A stretch of DNA of 56,999 bases from Dehalococcoidia bacterium (GCA_004296805.1 SCVR01000175.1:1-56999), one strand, 5' to 3'. Counted from the stretch's first letter, positions 43,015 to 51,792 are shown. A program made the numbers and translations. The notes: generated by a model not told the origin, from the letters alone.

Positions 43015-44012
43015 TGACGGCCGTGCGCGCGCTGCGGTGGTGCTGGACGCGGGTCATGGATCACCTGCTGGTCGTGGCGATCGTCGTCGCGATCGCGCTG
43101 GCTGCGCTCGCCGCGCTGCCGTCCGCGACGCAGGCGGCGGATGGTGAGCATCTGTTGGTGGCAGACCTGCGCGGGCGCGCGCTCGTGGTCCTCGACCCGA
43201 CGCGTCCCGACGCGACGCGGCGCATTCCACTACCTGGCGGCCCTCACGAGTTGCTGCGGCTGGTCGATGGGCGGATCGCCGTGTCGCTGGAGCAGGCGGG
43301 CGCTGTCGCCGTCGTAGACCTCGACAGCGGCCAGGTGGAGACGCTGGTGACGGGCGGCTTGCCGCACGGTCTGGCGCTTCAGCACGACGTCACAGGCGAC
43401 CGGTTGCTGGTGACAGACCGGGAACATGACGCGGTGCGCCGCTTCGTGATGGCGGGGTCGGCATCGATGTGGCGCGAGGTGTCGTCGACCTACGCGGACG
43501 GATGGCCGCATGCAGTGGTGTCCCGCGACGATGGCGCGTTCGCCTATGTCCGCGCGAACGATGCAGTGATCGCGATCGACGGGCGCGAGGTCGGCGTGTC
43601 GTCGCTGCCGGAGACACTGACGCTATCGCCGGATGGCGCGCGCCTGGCGACGGCGGGCGCGACCGGCGGGTCGGTACACATCGTCGGGTGGGATGGGCTC
43701 GATCGCGTGGACGCGGCGGTAGGCGGGCGCCCGGTGCGGACCGTGTTCTCGCCTGATGGCTCGCTGGTGGCGGTGGCGCGGTCGGCAGCATCGAGCGTGG
43801 CGTTCGTCGATCTGCACGGGGGCGTGCGTGTGGCTTCCGTGGCCGGGACGCCGGACGGCCTGGCGTTCTCCTCGGACGGACGCCGGCTGTACGCGGCGGA
43901 CATGGCCGGTGGTCGCATCACGGTGATCGAGGTGTCCACGGGCCGCGCGCTGGCGACGTTCTCCATGGGCGGGCTGTCCGCCGGGAGCCTGATGGTGTTG
44001 CCCGCGCGGTAG
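43014..44012 (+). CDS. Membrane-anchored or secreted beta-propeller repeat protein (YncE/YVTN-like)
   Basis: N-terminal hydrophobic segment (LLVVAIVVAIALAALAAL). Repeated ~40-aa units carry PHGLA / SPDGARLA / SPDGSLVAV / SSDGRRLYAAD motifs. The ATG overlaps the upstream stop (TGATG). Confidence 0.7.
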   Translation: MTAVRALRWCWTRVMDHLLVVAIVVAIALAALAALPSATQAADGEHLLVADLRGRALVVLDPTRPDATRRIPLPGGPHELLRLVDGRIAVSLEQAGAVAVVDLDSGQVETLVTGGLPHGLALQHDVTGDRLLVTDREHDAVRRFVMAGSASMWREVSSTYADGWPHAVVSRDDGAFAYVRANDAVIAIDGREVGVSSLPETLTLSPDGARLATAGATGGSVHIVGWDGLDRVDAAVGGRPVRTVFSPDGSLVAVARSAASSVAFVDLHGGVRVASVAGTPDGLAFSSDGRRLYAADMAGGRITVIEVSTGRALATFSMGGLSAGSLMVLPAR

Positions 44013-44096
44013 GCTCGCCACAGGCGGCGTGCGGGTAATCCGTGTGCGACAATCGCCGCCTCACCGTTCCTCGTTCCCGGATGGAGCCGCGCGACG

Positions 44097-44507
44097 ATGG
44101 CAGTCGAGGGTACCTGCGCGTCAGGCGGGGGATTCTTGCGCCGCAGTTGCGGGCGGGCGTCCGTGGGGTTGTGCGTGTACTGCGCTCAGCCGTTCTGCGC
44201 GGACCACGGGACGTTGCACGCGGACTACTACCAGGTGTGCCAGCGGAAGACCTGCCTCGCCAAGTTCGCGGACGTCGAGGCCCACCACCGCTGGCTCGAA
44301 GCGCACGAGTCCGCGAACCGGATGTCGATGTGCGCAGAGGACGGGTGTCAGGAGCGGATGGCGCATTCCTGCCAGCGCTGCCGGCTGCGGTTCTGCGAGA
44401 CGCACCTCGTTGACCGGCCCGTGACGGAACACAGGCTCGAGGGGCGTGTGCGTGTGGTGCAACTGATGTGCCCGCATTGCGCGGAGCGCCGAGCGCTCTG
44501 GGACTGA
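44097..44507 (+). CDS. Cysteine-rich putative zinc-binding protein (14 Cys in 136 aa)
   Basis: An internally duplicated motif: CVYCAQPFCADHG and CQRCRLRFCETHL. A terminal CPHC is also present. No family recognised. Confidence 0.55.
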   Translation: MAVEGTCASGGGFLRRSCGRASVGLCVYCAQPFCADHGTLHADYYQVCQRKTCLAKFADVEAHHRWLEAHESANRMSMCAEDGCQERMAHSCQRCRLRFCETHLVDRPVTEHRLEGRVRVVQLMCPHCAERRALWD

Positions 44508-44525
44508 TCGTCACCCGGGCTGACG

Positions 44526-45977
44526 CTAGAGCAGACGCGCCGACGCCACGAGCGCATCGCCTGGCGGTGTGGCTGCGAGCACGCGCCCGGTAGCGTCCAC
44601 AACGAAGGCGCCTCCCGCGCGAGAAGTGGACCCGGCGGCGACGACAGTAACTCCGTCCTCGATCGCGATTGCACGTGCGGTGCCGCCGACGGGCGCAGCC
44701 GCGTCACCCGCGCACCAGACCGCGATGCCGGCGCCGGCTGGGGTGCCGAGCGCGAGGCCCTCCGCGCCGCTGAGCAGGCCAACTGCGCCGAGTGCGGTCC
44801 GCACGATCTGCGGCGCGCGATCCCCGGCACGGAATCCGGCTGCTCGTTCGTCCCGGTCGAGGACGGACTGGCGGTGCTCGAAGAGGACCTGTCCATCCTC
44901 GATGGCGTAGGCGGTCTTGAAGGTCTGGCCCTCGGAACGTTCGGCGAGTCCGGCGAAGAGGGTGATGCCCGAGCCCTCCGTGACCGCACGGAGAAACGGC
45001 AATGTCTCGGCGGCAGTGACGGCACGCGGATCGGTCCCAGCGAGGTCGGGCAGCACCACGAGGCGCGCGCCTGACGCAACGGCAGCGCCGACGAGGGCAC
45101 GGACGCGCTCCATCGATTCGACGGCGGACGGATGCGGGTCGAAGGCGATGGCCGCGGCGTGGCCGGTGGCCGCGTCGCGGCCGGTGTCCTCTGCACGCAT
45201 CGCTGGCAGGGACGCGAAGTCAAGGGCGGACCCCGGCGCGGCGTCGATGTCAATCTCCGTCGCGGCGATGCCGGGTTGATCGGCGGGCGCGCGCACGACC
45301 CACTGGCCCGCCGGGTCGAGGATGCCGGCGCCGCCGCAGAAGCGGACGAGGCCGCCTTCGCTGCCGCTCTTCCCGCCCACGATCCCCCAGGCACCGAGGA
45401 GTGCGACACGTGCGGCGAGGAGATCGGACTCCGCACTGGCCTCGAAGGTAGGGACGCGCCCGGTGTCGCGCGGGGCGGCCGCGGCGATCAGGAGTTGCAC
45501 GCCCGCGAGACCGCGCATCAGGTCACGGCGTGCGAGGTCGTGGCCCACGATGAGCCCGACGCGGACGCCCTCGATGTCAGCGACGGCCGGGCCGCGACCG
45601 CGGGCAAACCAGCCCGAGGCCGTGCGCTCCCCCGCATGGGCCAGCGTGCTGCCGTCCCGGCCGAAGAGGACCAACTCGTTGCGGAGGGCGCCATCGCTGT
45701 CACGGCGGACGATGCCCGCGGCGATCGCGCACCCGGATCGGCGCGCCCGATCGGCGAGGGCCTGGAACCACACTTCGTCCGCAGGGAGGTTGAGGGCCGC
45801 GGCAGCGTCTCGCGAAAGCAACGCCCACCCTGGGATCGCCGCCTCCGGGAGGACGAGCAGGTGGTGCCCCGCGATCGACTCGTCGATGCGCGCGAGCAGG
45901 GCCTCCCACGCACGGACGTGCTCACGCGGCTCGAACGTCCGAGGTTGAAGCGCAGCGATGCGGAAGGGGCGGGGCAT
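44526..45977 (-). CDS. Tandem carbon-nitrogen hydrolase (nitrilase-superfamily) fold protein, catalytic residues apparently degenerate
   Basis: There are two CN-hydrolase-like halves: FRIAALQ...LLVLPEAAIPG...VRVGLIVGHDL and AAIAFDP...RLVVLPDLAGTD...AVGLLSGAEG. Gly sits where the nucleophile Cys is expected in both halves. Confidence 0.7.
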   Translation of the reverse strand: MPRPFRIAALQPRTFEPREHVRAWEALLARIDESIAGHHLLVLPEAAIPGWALLSRDAAAALNLPADEVWFQALADRARRSGCAIAAGIVRRDSDGALRNELVLFGRDGSTLAHAGERTASGWFARGRGPAVADIEGVRVGLIVGHDLARRDLMRGLAGVQLLIAAAAPRDTGRVPTFEASAESDLLAARVALLGAWGIVGGKSGSEGGLVRFCGGAGILDPAGQWVVRAPADQPGIAATEIDIDAAPGSALDFASLPAMRAEDTGRDAATGHAAAIAFDPHPSAVESMERVRALVGAAVASGARLVVLPDLAGTDPRAVTAAETLPFLRAVTEGSGITLFAGLAERSEGQTFKTAYAIEDGQVLFEHRQSVLDRDERAAGFRAGDRAPQIVRTALGAVGLLSGAEGLALGTPAGAGIAVWCAGDAAAPVGGTARAIAIEDGVTVVAAGSTSRAGGAFVVDATGRVLAATPPGDALVASARLL

Positions 45978-45986
45978 CGGCTCGCG

Positions 45987-46739
45987 CTACCCCCGTCGCA
46001 CGGGGTTGCGCAGGATCCCGACGCCGCCGACCTCGACCTCGCAAATGTCGCCGTCGACGATGGCGGCTGTCTGGCCGGGGGTACCGGTGTAGATCAGGTC
46101 GCCCGGTTCGAGTGTGACGAAGCGCGAGATGTGGGCGATGCACTTACGGACGGAGTGGATGAGCAGGCTGGTGTCAGACTGCTGCTGCGTGCGGCCGCTG
46201 ATCCGGCCCGCGACGGTGATGGCCTCCGGCGTGAGGTCGGTCTCGATCCACGGGCCGGCTGCGGCGAAGGTGTCGCTCGACTTGGCGCGCAGCCACTGCA
46301 GGTCGCTCTGCTGCCAGTCGCGCTCGGAGACGTCGTTCCCGGCGGTGTAGCCGAGGACGTGGGCATCCACCTGCGCTTCGGTGATGGCCTTCGCCTGCCG
46401 GCCGATGACGGCGACCACCTCGGCCTCCATGTGGCAGTTCTTGCTGTCTGCGGGGATGACGATGGATTCGCCGTGCGCGATTAGCGAGGAAGGCGCCTTG
46501 AGGAAGCCCTGCGGGTCGCCAGGCGCGGGGCGATCCCCCGCGTGGCTCTTGTAGTTGATGCCGATGGCGATGATCTTCGTCGGTACGCTGGGGACGAGGA
46601 GCTTCACCTGAGAGAGCGGAAGCGACCGCCCCATGTGGATGGGGCGGTCAAAGATGTCGCCCTCCAGAAGGTGCGCGGTGTCGCCCTCGATGCGCGCGGA
46701 GTACACGCCGCCTTCGACCTGAACGCGTGCGAGTTTCAT
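45987..46739 (-). CDS. Fumarylacetoacetate hydrolase (FAH) family protein
   Basis: KIIAIGINYKSHAGD...MEAEVVAVIGR...GYTAGNDVSERDWQ...PGDLIYTGTPG. Confidence 0.85.
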   Translation of the reverse strand: MKLARVQVEGGVYSARIEGDTAHLLEGDIFDRPIHMGRSLPLSQVKLLVPSVPTKIIAIGINYKSHAGDRPAPGDPQGFLKAPSSLIAHGESIVIPADSKNCHMEAEVVAVIGRQAKAITEAQVDAHVLGYTAGNDVSERDWQQSDLQWLRAKSSDTFAAAGPWIETDLTPEAITVAGRISGRTQQQSDTSLLIHSVRKCIAHISRFVTLEPGDLIYTGTPGQTAAIVDGDICEVEVGGVGILRNPVRRG

Positions 46740-46797
46740 GGATCACTCCGTCTCTGCGGTACCTGCGTGCCTATCTGGGGTGTGCTTCGACGCGATG

Positions 46798-47331
46798 CTA
46801 CAGCGCGCGCGGGCCCTCGGGCGGGATGACGCTGAGGGCGAGGATGGCGTCGGCCAGCATCCCGTCCGCCATGGCCCGGACGACGAGGAGTGCGGTGACG
46901 CTGTCCTCGATGTCTGGGTCCCACGGCGTCCGGAGGGTTTCCTCCCAGCGATCCGACCGCAGATTTCCGGCGGCTTCGAGCATGGCGAACCGCGCCGCAT
47001 CGATCTCCGCGCGGACGGCATCCCAATCGGCGATGTCGATGGTGATCGTTGCGGCGGCACCGCCGATCCCGCCGGGCGCGTCGAGTGACTCGAAGAACCC
47101 GGCGTGTGCGCGGTCTCTCGCGGCATGAGCGGCGAGCATCGCGAGCAGCGTGCCCGTGGTCTCTCCGATGGCGGCGAACTCCGGGATCGCCAGCATGCGC
47201 GCACCCGAGCGGGGGTCACAGGCCTCGAGGGCGGCGAGGAGTTGGCGGCGTCCGTCCTGCAGCGCGACCCACGGATCAATCTGTGCGAGGAGGTCGAAGG
47301 TGTTGGCACTCGAATGTGGTTCGTCGGTCAT
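46798..47331 (-). CDS. Hypothetical protein (possibly DinB/MDMPI-like helical bundle)
   Basis: 177-aa helical ORF with coding-like composition. The family call is weak. Confidence 0.45.
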   Translation of the reverse strand: MTDEPHSSANTFDLLAQIDPWVALQDGRRQLLAALEACDPRSGARMLAIPEFAAIGETTGTLLAMLAAHAARDRAHAGFFESLDAPGGIGGAAATITIDIADWDAVRAEIDAARFAMLEAAGNLRSDRWEETLRTPWDPDIEDSVTALLVVRAMADGMLADAILALSVIPPEGPRAL

Positions 47332-47491
47332 GCGGCGAGTCTACGCAGCGGATGCGATGCCGGCATGGGCAGCATTCGAATGGGCGATGCGCCTCGATCG
47401 ATCGTCGATCGGCATCGATGGAGGTGGGGCGATCACGATCGTGGGGAGCGATCCGCGCGATCAGGGGGCTGATGGGCGGGTAAGGGGCCCC

Positions 47492-47512
47492 GAAAAAGTT
47501 GTCAACTTTTTC
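47492..47512. promoter_or_regulatory. Perfect 10-1-10 palindrome in an AT-rich island upstream of the PAAKK-repeat gene
   Basis: GAAAAAGTTG-T-CAACTTTTTC. It is followed by candidate -35 TTGCGA (47535..47540) and -10 TAGCAT (47557..47562) with a 16 nt spacer. Confidence 0.4.
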
Positions 47513-47601
47513 CACACAATCCCCCGAAAAAATATTGCGAGTACGCACATTCGTGTTAGCATTTCGTTCGTCCGGGGCCTCGTGACGGTGAGGTGTAACT
47601 G

Positions 47602-47922
47602 ATGGTCACAGCAAAGAAGCCCGCTGCGAAGAAGCCGGCAGCCAAGAAGCCGGCAGCGAAGAAGCCAGCCGCCAAGAAGCCGGCGGCGAAGAAGCCCGCA
47701 GCCAAAAAGGCTGCGGTGAAGAAGACAGCGGCCCGAAAGCCGGCGGCCAAGAAGCCCGCCGTCAAGAAGGCCGCGGCGAAGAAGCCTGCTGCAAAGAAGC
47801 CGGCCGCCAAGAAGGCGGCGGCGAAGAAGCCAGCGGCGCGCAAGCCCGCTGCGAAGAAGCCTGCTGCCAAGAAGGCAGCGGCGAAGAAGCCGGCGGCGCG
47901 CAAGCCCGCCGCCAAGAAGTAA
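47602..47922 (+). CDS. Lys/Ala/Pro pentapeptide-repeat basic protein (histone H1-like / HU-tail-like)
   Basis: 106 aa composed almost entirely of (P/A)AAKK-type repeats ([17 protein letters not shown]...). An SD-like GGTGAGGTG lies upstream and a strong terminator downstream. Confidence 0.75.
   Translation: MVTAKKPAAKKPAAKKPAAKKPAAKKPAAKKPAAKKAAVKKTAARKPAAKKPAVKKAAAKKPAAKKPAAKKAAAKKPAARKPAAKKPAAKKAAAKKPAARKPAAKK
47611..47919 (+). repeat. In-frame 15-bp tandem repeat array (aagaagccNgcNgcN) encoding PAAKK units
   Basis: About 20 imperfect 15-nt units. The variation is mostly at synonymous positions or gives K/R, P/A/V/T replacements. Confidence 0.8.
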
Positions 47923-47952
47923 CAAGAACCACTCGAGCCCCCTGGACAACGA

Positions 47953-47980
47953 AACACCCCCGGCAGACGCCGGGGGTGTT
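47953..47980 (+). terminator. Intrinsic terminator after the PAAKK-repeat gene
   Basis: AACACCCCCGGC-AGAC-GCCGGGGGTGTT, a 12 bp perfect stem, followed by CTCGTTTCC. Confidence 0.65.
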
Positions 47981-48096
47981 CTCGTTTCCAGCGGTCATGT
48001 GGCCGTGATGGCGCACCGGCCCTCGGTGTTACGATCCCGCGCGCTCCAACATCGAGGCGCCCACGACGTCCCGAGGCGACCACGGACGAGGTTCGA

Positions 48097-49320
48097 GTGC
48101 TCCAGCCCCAGCCGTACGACAACCTGCACCTGTACAACTCGCTGACCCGACGGGTCGAGCGGTTCGTGTCGCGCGAGGACCACAAGGCATCAATCTACGT
48201 GTGCGGGATCACGCCGTACGACGTCGGCCACCTCGGACACGCGCTGGTCTACGTCGCGTTCGACACGATCCGGCGGTGGCTGGAGTTCAACGCGTACGAG
48301 GTGCGACACGTCCAGAACATCACCGACGTGGACGACGACATGGTGCGCGTCTCGCGTCGCCTCGGGCTGTCGATCAAGGAACTGACGGACCGGAACCATC
48401 AGGTCTACCTGGACGAGATGCGGGAGTTGAACGTCCTGCAGCCGGACGTCTACCCCCGCGTGTCCGAAACGATCCCCGAGATCATCGAGACCGTGCAGCG
48501 GCTGGTCGCGAACGGGTTTGCGTACGAGGTAGAGGGGTATGTCTTCTTCGACGTGACGCGGACGCCGGAGTTCGGGGTGCTGGCGGGGTTGAGCGGGCAG
48601 GCCCTGCTTGAGTTCAAGAGCGACTCGATGCCGGAGGAGCCGCAGCACTTGAAGCGGCACCCGCTGGACTTCCTGGTGTGGCAGCCATGTACGGACGAGG
48701 GCGCCACGTTCCCGTCGCCGTGGGGTGCGGGGCGTCCGGGGTGGCACATCGAGTGCTCGGCGATGGCGTGCCGGCACCTCGGCGACCAGATCGACATCCA
48801 CGGCGGCGGCAAGGACCTCCGCTACCCCCACCACGATTCGGAGATCGTGCAGTCCGAGGCCGCGAGCGGGCTGAAGCCGTATGCCGCGTTCTGGCTGCAC
48901 AACGGCACGATGGGCCTCGACGGCCAGAAGATGTCGAAGTCCCTCGGCAACCTGGTGAAGGTGAGCGACCTGCTGGGCGAGGGGCACACGGGGAACGGGA
49001 TCCGGCTCTCCCTCCTCGCGAAGCGGTGGCGGGACGATCGGGACTTCGACCGCGGCGTGCTCGCGGCGTGCGAGGAGACTGCGCGGCTGCTCGAACGGGC
49101 CGCACTCGCGCCCGGCGGGCCCGCCGACCAACTGCGCGTACAGCCGTACCGTGTCGCGTTCCAGACAGCGATGGACGACGATCTCGACACCCCGAAGGCG
49201 ATCGAAGTGCTGCGTGACCTCGCGCAGGCGCTCCTCGCAGGGCGCGTGTCCGGTGAGACGGGCGCCCCTGCGCTGGTCGAGATGGCGGACGTGATGGGGA
49301 TCGTGCTGCGGGGCGAGTAG
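48097..49320 (+). CDS. mshC: Cysteine ligase of the CysRS family, short MshC-like form (no anticodon-binding domain)
   Basis: IYVCGITPYDVGHLGHA (HIGH-type), HVQNITDVDDD, PSPWGAGRPGWHIECSAM, GGGKDLRYPHHDSE, QKMSKSLGN and a C-terminal DDDLDTPKAIEVL. At 407 aa it is shorter than canonical CysRS. The GITPYD/HLGHA/VQN variants resemble mycobacterial MshC as I remember it. Confidence 0.7.
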   Translation: MLQPQPYDNLHLYNSLTRRVERFVSREDHKASIYVCGITPYDVGHLGHALVYVAFDTIRRWLEFNAYEVRHVQNITDVDDDMVRVSRRLGLSIKELTDRNHQVYLDEMRELNVLQPDVYPRVSETIPEIIETVQRLVANGFAYEVEGYVFFDVTRTPEFGVLAGLSGQALLEFKSDSMPEEPQHLKRHPLDFLVWQPCTDEGATFPSPWGAGRPGWHIECSAMACRHLGDQIDIHGGGKDLRYPHHDSEIVQSEAASGLKPYAAFWLHNGTMGLDGQKMSKSLGNLVKVSDLLGEGHTGNGIRLSLLAKRWRDDRDFDRGVLAACEETARLLERAALAPGGPADQLRVQPYRVAFQTAMDDDLDTPKAIEVLRDLAQALLAGRVSGETGAPALVEMADVMGIVLRGE

Positions 49321-49378
49321 CGCACGCAGTAGAGCGCGCGCCCGTCCGCGCCTAGCCTGTACCGATGAGCCCCCACCG

Positions 49379-49864
49379 ATGAGCCGAGACGCCCGCCTCG
49401 CCCGCCTGTCGCGCGACCATCACCATGCGCTGACGCTTGCGCTGCGGATCCAGCGCGAGCTGGGGACAGCGGAACCACGCGAGGTGTCCGCGATGGTCCG
49501 CGATGTCCTGCGCTACTGGGACGAGGCGATGACGCCGCACTTCGCGGTGGAGGCACGGGCGCTGTTCCCGCTGCTCGCGGCTGTCGAGGAAGGCGGGCTC
49601 GCACTGGCCGCGCGTGCGCAGGGCGGGCAGCGCGAGCTACTGGACCTGGTCACCGAGGTGCGGGCCTCGAACGCCGCGACACGCACGGGGATCCTCGTGC
49701 GGTTCGGCGCGGCGCTCGCGACGCAGATCCGCTGGGAGGAACGCGAGCTCCTCGAATGGGCGCAGGGGCACCTCGATGAGGCGGCGCTCGACACTGTGGC
49801 CAGCGCGGTCGCGGCGGCACTGCCTGCGGAGGCGGTGCCGTGCCCGGTACCGCACCTGGCGTAG
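49379..49864 (+). CDS. Hemerythrin-like (HHE cation-binding) domain protein
   Basis: LSRDHHHALTLALRIQ...HFAVEARALFPLL...QIRWEERELLEWAQ shows helical His/Glu-spaced motifs. Confidence 0.6.
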   Translation: MSRDARLARLSRDHHHALTLALRIQRELGTAEPREVSAMVRDVLRYWDEAMTPHFAVEARALFPLLAAVEEGGLALAARAQGGQRELLDLVTEVRASNAATRTGILVRFGAALATQIRWEERELLEWAQGHLDEAALDTVASAVAAALPAEAVPCPVPHLA

Positions 49865-49956
49865 CCTCGACGGGTTCCGCGCCGAGGCTTGGTCGCCGTT
49901 GTATGGTGGCGCGGCTCCGCCTCGAAGTGACACTCCCTGAGCCGAGGAGTCGGACC

Positions 49957-50553
49957 ATGGAACGGATGGACCTGCGGAAGGATTGGGCGCCGCTGTTCAC
50001 GGCCCGGAAGAAGCCGGACCTGATCGAGGTGCCCGCGCGCCACGCTATCGGGATCGTCGAGACCCGTCCGCCCGGCGCGGAGACGATGGGTCCGATCTTC
50101 GCGACGCTCTACCCGGTGGCCTACACGCTGAAGTTTGCGACGAAGGCAGAGCAGGCGGTGGACTACCCGGTCCTGCCGCCTGAGGCCGTGTTTCGCATCG
50201 CCGACTTCAAGAAGCCCGAGGGCTGGCGATGGATGGCCTGCATCGCGGTTCCGGACATCATCGACGCGGCGGCACTTCGTCGCGCGGTGAAAGCCGTCCG
50301 GGCGAAGCATCCGGAGACGCCACTCCTGGACCGCGTGAAGTTGGTGTCGCTTCCCGCGGGGACGCAGGCGCGCATCCTCCACGTCGGCGCGTACGACGCT
50401 GAACAGCCGACGATCGACCGCCTGATGGCCTTCGTGCGTGAGGCCGGCTATCGGGCCGGCCGTCACCACATCGAGGTCTACCTCAGCGACCCGGCCCGCG
50501 TGCCGGTCGAGCGGATGCGGACGGTGATCCGTATGTCGGTCACTGAGCGCTAG
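49957..50553 (+). CDS. GyrI-like small-molecule-binding domain protein
   Basis: ARILHVGAYDAEQPTIDRLMAFVREAGYRAGRHHIEVYLSDPARVPVERMRTVIRMSV. ATG 49957 follows GAGGAG. Confidence 0.7.
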   Translation: MERMDLRKDWAPLFTARKKPDLIEVPARHAIGIVETRPPGAETMGPIFATLYPVAYTLKFATKAEQAVDYPVLPPEAVFRIADFKKPEGWRWMACIAVPDIIDAAALRRAVKAVRAKHPETPLLDRVKLVSLPAGTQARILHVGAYDAEQPTIDRLMAFVREAGYRAGRHHIEVYLSDPARVPVERMRTVIRMSVTER

Positions 50554-51626
50554 CGCTGTGCGGCCGCGGGCTCCGCGCTCACCTCGGCGACGAGATCCAT
50601 CAGGTGCGCGAGGGAGTCCATGCGCTCCTTGAACGTTTCGCCGTGGAGCCCTGGGCGGAAGGTGGTGACGCCGGCATCGCGGTAGTCGCGCAGCCGCTGC
50701 TTCACCATGCCCTCGTCGCCGATCAAGTTGGTGCCGATGACAAGTTCGAGCGGGACGCGCGCGCGGGCCTCGTCACGCTTGCCGGAGAGCCAGAGACGCT
50801 GGATCTCCTTAGCCTCGTCGGCGTAGCCCTGACGTGAGTAGGCGTTGTTGTAGAAGTTGTGCTGCTTCGACCCCATCGCGCCGAGTGAGAAGGCAAGGCC
50901 GGGCCGCAGGGTCTCGGCGGCCTTCTCGACGTCGCTGGTGAACCAGACGGTGCCGCCGACCGCGATGTCGATCTTGCTGAAGTCGCGGCCCGCCTTGCGC
51001 GCGCCCTCGCGGATCGGGTCGAGGAACTGCGCAGCGTGCTCCGGGAGGAACGAAGTGCCGAGCCAGCCGTCGGCCAGTTCGCCCGTGAGTTCGAGGTTCT
51101 TCGGCCCGAGGGAGGCCACGTAGATCGGGAGGTCGGGCGTGGCCGGTGCACCGGAGCGGAGCGCCTTGCCCTCGCCGCTGCCGCCGTGTGCCTGATCCAG
51201 GGGCAGGTGGTAGAACTCGCCGTCGTAGGCGACGGTCTCGCCGTGGAAGACGCGGCGGCAGACCTCGATCACTTCGCGGGTGTGCTGGATCGGCTTCTTG
51301 AACGGGATACCGTGCCAGCCCTCGATGACCTGCGGCCCGCTGGTGCCGAGGCCGAGCATGAAGCGTCCGCCGGACATGGAGTCGAGGGTCATCGCGGTCA
51401 TGGCGACGAGGGCGGGCGTACGGGTGCCGACCTGCAGGATGCCGGTGCCGAACTTCAGTTTGGTGGTCTTGGCCATGAGGTAGGCGAGCGGGGTGGCGCC
51501 GTCGTGCGCCCAGGCCTCGGCGCTCCACAGGGAGTCGACGCCCAGGCGCTCGGCCTCCAGCGCGAGGCTAGTGACTTCGGGCCAGTTCTCAATGGCGTAG
51601 CGGTGGAGTCCGACGGCGACCTTCAT
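50550..51626 (-). CDS. Luciferase-like monooxygenase (LLM) class oxidoreductase (possibly F420-dependent)
   Basis: MKVAVGLHRY...LGVDSLWSAEAWAHDG...FGTGILQVGTRTPALVAMTAMTLDSMSGGRFMLGLGTSGPQVIEGWHG. I chose ATG 51626 as the start. Confidence 0.85.
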   Translation of the reverse strand: MKVAVGLHRYAIENWPEVTSLALEAERLGVDSLWSAEAWAHDGATPLAYLMAKTTKLKFGTGILQVGTRTPALVAMTAMTLDSMSGGRFMLGLGTSGPQVIEGWHGIPFKKPIQHTREVIEVCRRVFHGETVAYDGEFYHLPLDQAHGGSGEGKALRSGAPATPDLPIYVASLGPKNLELTGELADGWLGTSFLPEHAAQFLDPIREGARKAGRDFSKIDIAVGGTVWFTSDVEKAAETLRPGLAFSLGAMGSKQHNFYNNAYSRQGYADEAKEIQRLWLSGKRDEARARVPLELVIGTNLIGDEGMVKQRLRDYRDAGVTTFRPGLHGETFKERMDSLAHLMDLVAEVSAEPAAAQR

Positions 51627-51735
51627 GGCAAACCCCCTGTAGCGCGCATCGGGCGCGCGTGCGCTGCGGAGCGTAGCGCAGCGAGGGCGCAAAGGCCCTC
51701 GCTGGCGTTGGACGTGGGCCGATGGAGAGGCACGA

Positions 51736-51771
51736 AACGGCCCGCCGACCTCGGGAGGTGGGCGGGCCGTT
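51736..51771 (-). terminator. Intrinsic terminator downstream of 51793..52128 (minus strand)
   Basis: AACGGCCCGCC...GGCGGGCCGTT forms an 11 bp outer stem with an inner ACCTC/GAGGT pairing. On the minus strand it is followed by TTTCGTG. Confidence 0.55.
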
Positions 51772-51792
51772 GATGGGTAGTGGGCCGGAGGG

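Noticed and set aside
47602-47922. The 15-bp tandem array as a CRISPR array or non-coding satellite
   Set aside because: The units are contiguous, with no spacers. The period is a multiple of three and stays in a single open frame, with an SD, a start codon and a terminator. Variation is codon-like. It is best explained as a repeat-encoded basic protein. The long ORFs on the opposite strand (47461..47949, 47556..48185) are mirror artefacts.
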